Position numbers and translations under genes: made by a program. Under the pieces are notes generated by a model that was not told the DNA's origin, did not search any database, and was given only the letters and a program-made list of their open reading frames with translations. From an uncultured Fidelibacterota bacterium (lineage in GTDB: Bacteria > Fidelibacterota > Marinisomatia > Marinisomatales > TCS55), in the NCBI GenBank assembly GCA_913049685.1, contig CAJWZD010000002.1:2694-66693 (forward strand): DNA of 64,000 bases, read 5' to 3'. This document shows, piece after piece, positions 9,801 through 17,040 of this stretch; within the stretch, counting starts at the first letter, position 1; every line of letters begins with the position of its first letter.

Positions 9801-10304
9801 AAAGGCAATGGATAAAACAGTTGTTAGTAGAATAAATAGTGTAAATTTTTTCCAAAAAACTATTCTAGCAATTGGAAGCAATGGTTTTTGATCGACATCA
9901 ACTATTTGAGATTGAACTTTATCAATGAATGATTTTTGAAGTTCAAGAGATCCAGTTTGATTTTTGGAATTTTCTAACTGAAAAGCGTTAAGGATCATAT
10001 CTTTTCTATTAAAAGAATATTCTCCGATATTTAATGCGATTGTTGATAATTTATATTTTTTTATAACATTATTATGAGCTATTAAAATATAAATTAAATA
10101 AACTAAAATAATTGATGAAGCTGCAAAAATCGTTGAGAATAAAATCTTTTGTCTAGTTTCTAGCGAAAAGTAGAATACATTTTCAAGCATTAAAACAGCT
10201 AAGAAAAGAGCAACGAAAAGTGCATATATTTTCCAAAAAAATAAATTTATCTTTGAAAGTAAAACTTTTTTTCGAATGTTTTTTAGATAATTTGAAATAG
10301 TCAT
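6894..10304 (-). CDS. 1136-aa membrane-anchored protein of unknown function: 3 N-terminal TM helices, a beta-rich region, a long coiled coil and a Q/M/S/N-rich tail (possibly DUF4175-like)
   Basis: It is an uninterrupted 3.4-kb ORF. The hydrophobic segments are FFWKIYALFVALFLAVLML, ILFSTIFAASSIILVYLIYILIA and FTLFILLTTVLSIAFTW. A heptad-like E/K/L/N stretch spans roughly aa 520-780. Confidence 0.7.
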   Translation of the reverse strand: MTISNYLKNIRKKVLLSKINLFFWKIYALFVALFLAVLMLENVFYFSLETRQKILFSTIFAASSIILVYLIYILIAHNNVIKKYKLSTIALNIGEYSFNRKDMILNAFQLENSKNQTGSLELQKSFIDKVQSQIVDVDQKPLLPIARIVFWKKFTLFILLTTVLSIAFTWNHSVSSLYRLAHTNTKFLPPVPFEITSESKYIGILGGESAIVEFSSTSNRPDSITVEFKPLAFNENEDSLILKAAYNDDGVYKASLDNVYQNYRYRAYVLSDKFWNPWNEITTKSYSISVTDRPSISDVTFTISSPKYTKLPSRQQKANQSEIQAIIGSEIYVALRSNKRLENASLILNEDKLKMSTRNDKADFRFIMEKEGKFFISLKDERGISNRNPIPFHLKAIPDLNPKMSILKPAPIIEIGGEQTIPIRMDIKDDFGFTKLQLAYEIHRPEYIDAEPKISMFNIAIPDLNENEQEISTNWNVGDLALMPDDEIHFHFELYDNDPLTGPKKEVSSTFIARIPSLNELFASFENSEDEILNDAEKELSAIKKLNNKIKEARLELLKTDDPSWEQQQKTKETLREIDKQISSFQKLNEKLSALNSQSKKHDLFSEGITEKFEDLQKLIKEIFPPEMFDDIDDIREALEDLDVNEMLSALEDISNNLNNIEQELDRFLDIFQRIKVEQKIDEIRKRIEQLVKNQDNLDQQIRSINKQTDPSVFKRLSQEQKINNKELSNIIDEMKNSINGIKKVSRKTAQELENLAESNSTDLTKKHLKETVKNLDNQKPFQAMDASYSGMQSMQSMESSMNQISSNFQKQASREMAKKFRFILRDLLSISKSQELLRAEAENIPPNSPRKNDLASEQQLLQDQLVKTMKKTMDLSKETFLVTSDMGQSLGQANAQMNTSKTKLAERNSKGSLNNQTQAMTALNKSVKSIIQTINSMNEGGSASGYEEFLKQMKNMSAMQKSVNDQGMQLALGQMAPSLKASIISRMLGQQRDIQNSLKQVMNEISKSGKQGLGDLNGISSEIDEVLNELTKNIYDKKTNDRQQKILSRMLNSQKSMTQRGVKDERKSKTASQVSSAAPKGLPSDLGQRKSIIMNAMDEALSAGYSREYQGMIQKYFNSLNTLEAYSVSDTLGNN

Positions 10305-10312
10305 TATGAATT

Positions 10313-10978
10313 TTATTGTGTTAGGGAAAACCAGACAATATTGGTACCCATTTGCAATGCGGATTGACGCACAACCTCAGGATTATTATGCACCTCAGAA
10401 TCTTCCCAGCCATCGCCAAGGTCAGACTCGTAAGTGAAAAAAACAATTAGTCGCTTATTATCAAATAGCCCCAGACCTTGTGGTGGTTTCCCGTTGTGTT
10501 CGTGAATTTTGGGTAATCCATTAGGTAGGTTAAAATAGCAACTGTAAATAGGATGTTCTATTGGTAGCTCAACCCATTCTTTTTCAGGAAAAACTTTTTT
10601 CATTTCTCTTTTGAAAGAATCATGCATTCCATAATTATCATCAGCGTGAAGGAATGCTCCTTTTAATAGATGGTTTCTCAATGCTCCAATTTCTTCATCA
10701 CTAAATCTGATGTTTCCATGGCCAGTTAAGTATAGAAATGTATGTCCATATAGACTTTCACTGGTTAGCTTGATCTTATATTCACTGTTCTCAATCTTTA
10801 TATTAGTTTTATCTGAAATAAAATCAATGAGATTGGGCAGACTGCTTGGATCAGCATACCAGTCACCTCCACCAGAATACTGAATTCGTGCTATATTAAA
10901 ATCTTGAGCAGAGATAATGCTCGTGAGTATTAAAATAAAAAATTGTCTATATATTTTATGCCTATTAATTAATAACAT
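10313..10978 (-). CDS. DUF4159 domain-containing secreted protein
   Basis: It has a signal peptide (..LTSIISAQD) followed by ARIQYSGGGDWYADPSSLPNL, the hallmark N-terminal block I associate with DUF4159. The C-terminus has DLGDGWED and QMGTNIVWF. Confidence 0.7.
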   Translation of the reverse strand: MLLINRHKIYRQFFILILTSIISAQDFNIARIQYSGGGDWYADPSSLPNLIDFISDKTNIKIENSEYKIKLTSESLYGHTFLYLTGHGNIRFSDEEIGALRNHLLKGAFLHADDNYGMHDSFKREMKKVFPEKEWVELPIEHPIYSCYFNLPNGLPKIHEHNGKPPQGLGLFDNKRLIVFFTYESDLGDGWEDSEVHNNPEVVRQSALQMGTNIVWFSLTQ

Positions 10979-11064
10979 AGATTACAAATTATTTAAATAA
11001 TTAATTGAAATTACAGCTGCTAAAACTATGTAAGTTTACAAGAATTTAAATAAAAGTTTCCTAT

Positions 11065-11091
11065 GTAGTTATTGTTATTAACAACAACTAC
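11065..11091. promoter_or_regulatory. imperfect inverted repeat (12-bp arms, 11/12 match, 3-nt centre) in the divergent intergenic region
   Basis: The sequence is GTAGTTATTGTT-ATT-AACAACAACTAC. It lies between the start of the DUF4159 operon (10978, minus strand) and the 605-aa gene (11143, plus strand). Confidence 0.35.
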
Positions 11092-11142
11092 AATAATCGT
11101 ATATTTACTAGTCTTCTAAAATACACCGTTTAAACAAAAACA

Positions 11143-12960
11143 GTGCTGAAAAAAATAATATTCACGTTATTAATTCTATTCGCTTCAACGGATTTAAGAG
11201 CTCAGTTATCTGAGCCAGATTCCAGTAGGTTTAGATCGATGATTTTTAGAATATTTTCTTTGGATAGGATCGACCCTAACGATTATGAAAAAGGGTATAT
11301 TTTTGATAGAATTTTTAAAAGAAGAGAATTTCATCGCCCTGTCAATTTTATCCCATTAGAACTCAGATATGGATTTGGATATAATAGTGGAGGCGGATTT
11401 TTGGGTTTGGGGAACTTGAGAAGCAGTTGGATGTCATATGAAAATGAAGGAGTGTCAAGTTTTAGTGGTGGAAATTTTTCATCAAGATTAGGACATCAAC
11501 TTGATATTGATATTTTAAAAACAAATTTAGCGTACTACTGGTTTGGAAATAGCTGGCTGGATATGCATTCAGGGATAAACTTGAGGTATAGTTCATTATT
11601 AATTCCTTCCAAAATACCTTCTGATTGGAATGGTATAAAAGAATCATGGAAATTAAATGCAAAATTTAATGCTCGAATATTTGAGCTCGGTTGGAGCCAG
11701 TCTTTGATTTTGCAATGGTTTGAAAGCTGGTTTACTTCATACCGCTATACCTATGGCATCGCACTGTCACAATTTTATCAGAAAGAAAGTTCGCCTTATG
11801 GGTTTGGTCCATCACAATCTATTACGATTGGGGGTCGATATATAATAGACAGAGATATGGCAAATCGATTTTCGATAGGCCTTGATTTTAAATTTACCTC
11901 AACATCTATAAATAAGATTAACGACCCTAAAGACGTAACTCCAATAAAAAGCTTCAACATTCAAACTGCTGGACTCTATGCAACAGCTTCTGTTTTTTTT
12001 GGGGGCCAGCAAACCAAAGGGGATTTAGGCAAGTCTTATTATTATGCTAAAGACTACATTTCAGCCAAACGATACCTTAATGAATTCATAGATGATAATC
12101 CAAATCATGCAAACATCAATAGTGCTTTAAAGCTCGTAGTTGAAAGTGATAGAAAAATTCCCTATCAAATAATGCGTCAGGGAATGAGCTTTGATGAAAG
12201 GGGTATGGTGGTAAGAGCAATTGAAAAATACATTCGAGCAAAAGCTATCGCTGATACGCTTTTAGCAGATGTGATAGATGATAGGATAAGAGAAATAACT
12301 TACCGCGAAATTGAAAGAGCTGAGAAATGGTTATATGCTGGCCAGTCTGACACAGCAATTGCTCATGTCGTTATGGCAACAGGCTGGTATCCCGAACTTA
12401 GTCATCATATTAATAGGTTCAAGGTGTATAATTTTATGACAAAAGGTGAGCAGCTCTATAAGATTGGTTTATATGATCGTGCTTTGAAGTATTTTAACGC
12501 AGCCCAAAAAATTAACCCCTCTCTTGATTTTGAAGTAGCAACACATAAGTATAGAATTGCATCAGATTTGCTTATCACAGCAGATACTTTAAGAGATATA
12601 AATTCCTTAAAATTTGTTGTGTTCGCCCTTGAAGAAACTCAGAGACTGACAGGCTCATTAAGTCCTGCGAACATGAAGACTTTAGACTTATTAAAGAAAA
12701 AAATGCATCTACGGGAAGAGTACGAAATTCGAAAAAAAATAGACAGCAGACTTAAAAAAGAAAAAAGGGATAAATCTAAAAATAAACCTATCTACATCGG
12801 GATGACAGTATCAGAGGTTGACAAAATAATGGGAAAACCTCATGAAATTATAACAAACGACAGCTCAGGAAAAAATCAGCTTTGGATTTACAAATATCAA
12901 AATGAAAAAGGCGTAGCCCTTACCTTTATTGATTACAAATTAATCAAAATTGAGGAATAG
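11143..12960 (+). CDS. secreted composite protein: N-terminal beta-rich (OMP-like) region, TPR-like middle, K-rich linker and C-terminal BamE/SmpA_OmlA-like domain
   Basis: It has a GTG start and the signal peptide MLKKIIFTLLILFASTDLRAQ. The middle contains YYYAKDYISAKRYLNEFIDDNPNHA and LYKIGLYDRALKYFNAAQKINP. The C-terminus IYIGMTVSEVDKIMGKPHEI...LWIYKY...ALTFIDYKLIKIE resembles a BamE-type fold. Confidence 0.6.
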   Translation: MLKKIIFTLLILFASTDLRAQLSEPDSSRFRSMIFRIFSLDRIDPNDYEKGYIFDRIFKRREFHRPVNFIPLELRYGFGYNSGGGFLGLGNLRSSWMSYENEGVSSFSGGNFSSRLGHQLDIDILKTNLAYYWFGNSWLDMHSGINLRYSSLLIPSKIPSDWNGIKESWKLNAKFNARIFELGWSQSLILQWFESWFTSYRYTYGIALSQFYQKESSPYGFGPSQSITIGGRYIIDRDMANRFSIGLDFKFTSTSINKINDPKDVTPIKSFNIQTAGLYATASVFFGGQQTKGDLGKSYYYAKDYISAKRYLNEFIDDNPNHANINSALKLVVESDRKIPYQIMRQGMSFDERGMVVRAIEKYIRAKAIADTLLADVIDDRIREITYREIERAEKWLYAGQSDTAIAHVVMATGWYPELSHHINRFKVYNFMTKGEQLYKIGLYDRALKYFNAAQKINPSLDFEVATHKYRIASDLLITADTLRDINSLKFVVFALEETQRLTGSLSPANMKTLDLLKKKMHLREEYEIRKKIDSRLKKEKRDKSKNKPIYIGMTVSEVDKIMGKPHEIITNDSSGKNQLWIYKYQNEKGVALTFIDYKLIKIEE

Positions 12961-12965
12961 TCATA

Positions 12966-14087
12966 TTAGAGCAGATGAGCATTTTTTCTTACGAACGCAA
13001 TTTCTTTAATTATGACCTTAATTACTCCTGTCGCAGGAACAGCAAATAGCATTCCTAGCGGGCCTAAAAGCGTACCGCCAATGAGAAGTACTATCATTAC
13101 AAGCATCGGGTGTAAGCCAACACTTTTTCCAACTAATGCCGGTGTAATTAAATTACCTTCAATCTGTTGCACGATTAAAAACATAAAAATGATATCAATA
13201 CAGAAAAAAGGAGATGGAATTGTTCCTAAGAACATATGAGAGGTTGCTGCGTCATTACCAAGATTATTCATAAACGCGATTAATAGTGCAGGTATCATTC
13301 CAACAAATGGGCCAACCAAAGGTATCAGATTTGCGAGTCCTGCTATTATTCCAATAAATATTACCAATGTAATATTAGCTCCAAAAAAATTTAATAATAG
13401 AAGACCAGCAATTGACATGCCGCCCACGCTAGCAGCTGATAAAAACTGTCCCCTCAAATAGCTGGACACTGACTTTTCAATATTATAAATAAGCTTTAAG
13501 CCAAGCTCAAAAAATTTATTCGGTATAGAGTTGACCAAAACTTTTTTAAACTTGTGATACTCAGAAAGAAGAATTATTGTAAAGATGAATACCATAATTG
13601 CTATGAACATAAAATTTCCAACAATGCTTACCAATGATCCCAATGATCCTAAGACAGATTGTGTTACTTCAGTTAATTTATTCGCCAAATAATCGGAAGA
13701 AGATTCCTCGCTTTTCATAAAAGATGGCATTGCCGAAGTCATCTTATCGCCCAATGATTTAAACTCACTCATCATTGTAGCCTGATCAACTCTTTCAGAA
13801 AATTCCTGAGCCTGTATAGATATTTGTGAAATAAAACTACCAATAAAAGTAGAGATGCTAGTAAGCAAAATTATTACTACACCAAGAACCGATAACCCTC
13901 TATTCCCTATTTTTCTTTCAAAAGTATCTACGCTTGACAAAAGAAGTGTTGTGAAAAGAAATGCAAAAACCAGCATTAAGATAACATCAGATATAAAGGG
14001 CCAAATTAAATTAATAAACCAAATTGCTATCAATGTCAAAATTATTCGGTAGATTTGTTGAATATAATTTATTTGCTGATTAATCAT
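12966..14087 (-). CDS. AI-2E family (UPF0118/PerM-like) membrane transporter
   Basis: It is a polytopic membrane protein of 373 aa with the conserved block GLANLIPLVGPFVGMIPALLIAF and ...IEGNLITPALVGKSVGLHP. Confidence 0.8.
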   Translation of the reverse strand: MINQQINYIQQIYRIILTLIAIWFINLIWPFISDVILMLVFAFLFTTLLLSSVDTFERKIGNRGLSVLGVVIILLTSISTFIGSFISQISIQAQEFSERVDQATMMSEFKSLGDKMTSAMPSFMKSEESSSDYLANKLTEVTQSVLGSLGSLVSIVGNFMFIAIMVFIFTIILLSEYHKFKKVLVNSIPNKFFELGLKLIYNIEKSVSSYLRGQFLSAASVGGMSIAGLLLLNFFGANITLVIFIGIIAGLANLIPLVGPFVGMIPALLIAFMNNLGNDAATSHMFLGTIPSPFFCIDIIFMFLIVQQIEGNLITPALVGKSVGLHPMLVMIVLLIGGTLLGPLGMLFAVPATGVIKVIIKEIAFVRKNAHLL

Positions 14088-14587
14088 TTAGACTGTTCTT
14101 TAATAAGCATGTGATTTGTTCTTCTAAGTCTTTCTCCTAAAAGACCGCCCAGGTTAAACATTATTTTATGTCCCAATACAGGGTTACGTTCCTGTAAAAT
14201 CATAAGGTCTTGAGTAAAGAAACCTAGGAGCTTACAATCCTCAATTGCTATCGCATTTGCTGAACGAGGCTCATCATCAAATAGCGCTAACTCGCCAAAA
14301 AATTCACCCTTCTCAAGCTCAGCAAGAGTATTTTCGTTGCCAGATCTTGTACCTATTGTAATCTTAATTGAGCCGCGCATAATTATATACATACCTTCAC
14401 CAGGTGCACGATTTTTAAAAATAAAATCCCCAACCTTATAATCTCGATGATGCATCATATTTTCAAGCTCGTTAAAATCTTTATGACTTAAATTTTTGAA
14501 TACAGGTATTTTTTTAAGGGTGTGCACAGCTTCACTCTCTGAATTATCCCACCCTTTAAAAATATTTTCCCATTTTGCGCTTTTCAA
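14084..14587 (-). CDS. stand-alone cyclic-nucleotide-binding (CNB) domain protein
   Basis: It has the phosphate-binding cassette GEFFGELALFDDEPRSANAIA (FGE...R-S-A) and an upstream GEGMYIIMRGSIKI beta-roll. No HTH or other output domain is present. Its stop overlaps the AI-2E start (ATGA on the minus strand). Confidence 0.8.
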   Translation of the reverse strand: MKSAKWENIFKGWDNSESEAVHTLKKIPVFKNLSHKDFNELENMMHHRDYKVGDFIFKNRAPGEGMYIIMRGSIKITIGTRSGNENTLAELEKGEFFGELALFDDEPRSANAIAIEDCKLLGFFTQDLMILQERNPVLGHKIMFNLGGLLGERLRRTNHMLIKEQSK

Positions 14588-14666
14588 ATTATACTCCCTT
14601 ATTTAGAAGTTAGATTATAGTTACATGATGATAAAAACTACAAGAAAAGTAAACATCACAATAAAA

Positions 14667-14696
14667 TTGACCTTTCTTAATTCAATTCGGTAGTTT
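14667..14696 (+). promoter_or_regulatory. candidate sigma70-type promoter (TTGACC-N18-TAGTTT) for the envC-holB-metG unit
   Basis: TTGACC sits at 14667-14672 and TAGTTT at 14691-14696, 9 nt before the ATG at 14705. This would imply a very short leader. It is a pattern match only. Confidence 0.25.
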
Positions 14697-14704
14697 ACTG
14701 CATT

Positions 14705-15898
14705 ATGTATTATAAAATAATCATCATTTTATCTATACTGCTGAGCTATCCTTTCGCTCAAAGAAGCCCAAGAGACTTTGAGAGAGAATTAAAAGCGCAA
14801 AATAGCGCAATCCAATCTCTGAAAGATGAAATTGAAGCAACTAAAAAAAGAATTCAATCAGAAAATAAAAAAGAAAAATCCTCAGTAAGAAAAGTTAGCA
14901 ATCTTTCTGAGGAAATTGCACTATTACAAAAATTATTAAAGGAACTAGCAAAGGAAGAAAAGCTTTTAGTTGCAGATATATCAAGGCTTGAGCGTAAAAT
15001 TAATGAAAGCGAAAATAGCCTTGAAAGTTTACGCAAACTCTACGCCAAGAGATTAGCTACAATGTATAAAAAAGGACAGCTATCAAATCTTGAAAAAGTC
15101 CTTAGTTCTACCTCATGGAGGCAAGCTATATACCGATCAAAATATTTAAAAATTATTTCAAAAATTGATCAGGATGCTCATGATACGATAAGATCTCTCT
15201 TGATCGAGATTGGTAAACAGAAATTGAGCCTTGAATCTGCTCTAAGGAAGAAAAGATACTTAAAGAAGGAAAGAGAGAAAACGCTTTCACAGGTACGCTC
15301 AAAAAAGAAAAAAGAGCAGCGCGAGCTCTCAAGGATAAGAAAAAGCCAAAAAGAATTGAAAAACTATTTGTCTGAAAAACAAGCTGGGATGAAACAGCTT
15401 GAGGTAATTATTAAAAAAATTCGCGAAGATATAGCAAGACTTGATCGCGAAGAGAGAATTCGAAGACAACAAATGGCCCTTCAGTCAAAAGAGTTTCCCA
15501 AGCTGAAAGGGCAGTTAGCATGGCCAGCTGAAGGTCGAGTTTCAGCGAAATTTGGTAGACAGTGGAATCCAAAACTTAAAACTACAACAGAAAATCCTGG
15601 CATTGATATTAAAGGTAAACCAGGATCTGAAGTAAAGACAGTTTTAGGTGGCGTTGTTACTACAATAACATTTATCAGAGGATATGGAACTACGATTATA
15701 ATTGATCATGGAAGCGGATTCTATACGGTTTATAGTCATGTTTCAAATGTAGAAACAAATGTAGACAGTCAAGTAAATAGTGGTGACGTAATTGCTTACA
15801 TGGGAGATTCTGGTTCAATTAATGGTTCACAGCTTCACTTTGAGATATGGGGAGAAGGGAAGAAGCTAAACCCAGAAAATTGGTTAAGAAAGAGATGA
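14705..15898 (+). CDS. envC: EnvC-like murein hydrolase activator (coiled coil plus degenerate M23/LytM domain)
   Basis: A signal peptide is followed by about 250 aa of coiled coil and a LytM domain (GIDIKGKPGSEV...IIIDHGSGFYTVYSH...LHFEIW). The catalytic motifs are degenerate: HxxxD reads NPGID and HxH reads QLH. Confidence 0.75.
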   Translation: MYYKIIIILSILLSYPFAQRSPRDFERELKAQNSAIQSLKDEIEATKKRIQSENKKEKSSVRKVSNLSEEIALLQKLLKELAKEEKLLVADISRLERKINESENSLESLRKLYAKRLATMYKKGQLSNLEKVLSSTSWRQAIYRSKYLKIISKIDQDAHDTIRSLLIEIGKQKLSLESALRKKRYLKKEREKTLSQVRSKKKKEQRELSRIRKSQKELKNYLSEKQAGMKQLEVIIKKIREDIARLDREERIRRQQMALQSKEFPKLKGQLAWPAEGRVSAKFGRQWNPKLKTTTENPGIDIKGKPGSEVKTVLGGVVTTITFIRGYGTTIIIDHGSGFYTVYSHVSNVETNVDSQVNSGDVIAYMGDSGSINGSQLHFEIWGEGKKLNPENWLRKR

Positions 15899-17040
15899 AT
15901 ATTTCAGAGGCACAACCGTTTATTTGGCAACGCCTAAACAAAATAAAATCTAATGATAAAATAGGGACTTCCTATCTTTTCTCAGGGCCGGTTGGTTGCG
16001 GAAAAGAGTGGTGTGCTATTGAATTTTCAAAACTAATTAATTGTGAATTAGAACAATCAGCATCCTGCAGTTCTTGCGCGTCGTGTCAAAAATTCTCAGC
16101 CTTACAACATGAAAATTTAAACCTTGTGTTCCCTTTGCCAAGTATATCAAAATCAAAAACAGAAGATGATCCAATTAAAAGTATTAATAAAGAAGATTAT
16201 GAATTAATCTTAGAGATGATTGGTTCTAAATCAAAAGATCCTTTTTATAAGATCAATCTTCCCAGCGCAAGAAGAATAACAATTAATTCAATTAGATTTT
16301 TAAGAAAAACATTGTATCTAACGTCACAAAACAGTTCGAGAAAAATTGTTGTTATTTTTGACGCACACTTGCTCTCTGAAGGTGCCGGTGAATCCGCAAA
16401 TGCCTTATTGAAGATTTTAGAAGAACCTCCAAATAATACCTCATTAATCCTAGTAACAGATAAAAAATCTAAACTACCCCTTACAATTATTAGTCGATGT
16501 CAACAAGTTGACTTTTCAAGTCTTCCTTTCGATGTAGTTCGTAAGCTCATTGAAAATGATAAAATTGATAATGATAGAGCAACTCAATTAGCTATGCTAT
16601 CAAATGGAAATATGCATTTAGCAAAAGAGCTTGCCTCAAAAGATATTGACTTCCCTATTGAAGAGGCATATACTCTTTTAAAGTCGCTAACTTTGTTAGA
16701 TCAAAATACCTGGCGCAATTCAATTAATGATTTTTCAATGCTAGCCCTCAGAAAGCCTGATGAATTTATTTTTAAAATAAATTTAATTCAGATGTGGATG
16801 AATATCGCTTTAAAGTTTAAATATGATAGAAAAGATTTACCTTTATTAGATAGTGAACTTGACTCTTTTGAAGAATTTACTAATAAATTTCCAAATGCTA
16901 ATTTTTTTGAAATTAATATTTTACTTGAAAAGGCAATTGTAGCATTAAGCCGAAATCTATATATGCCACTATTCATCCTTGATATGATGATATCAATTCA
17001 AACCTTGCTAAAAGGCAAAAAGCCAAAAATAACAATATGA
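15895..17040 (+). CDS. holB: DNA polymerase III delta-prime subunit
   Basis: It has the degenerate Walker A SGPVGCGKEW, the Zn-module cysteines CSSCASCQKF, ANALLKILEEPP and the sensor block IISRCQ. The start is set at the ATG at 15895 (ATGA overlap with the envC stop) rather than the longest ORF. Confidence 0.8.
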   Translation: MNISEAQPFIWQRLNKIKSNDKIGTSYLFSGPVGCGKEWCAIEFSKLINCELEQSASCSSCASCQKFSALQHENLNLVFPLPSISKSKTEDDPIKSINKEDYELILEMIGSKSKDPFYKINLPSARRITINSIRFLRKTLYLTSQNSSRKIVVIFDAHLLSEGAGESANALLKILEEPPNNTSLILVTDKKSKLPLTIISRCQQVDFSSLPFDVVRKLIENDKIDNDRATQLAMLSNGNMHLAKELASKDIDFPIEEAYTLLKSLTLLDQNTWRNSINDFSMLALRKPDEFIFKINLIQMWMNIALKFKYDRKDLPLLDSELDSFEEFTNKFPNANFFEINILLEKAIVALSRNLYMPLFILDMMISIQTLLKGKKPKITI

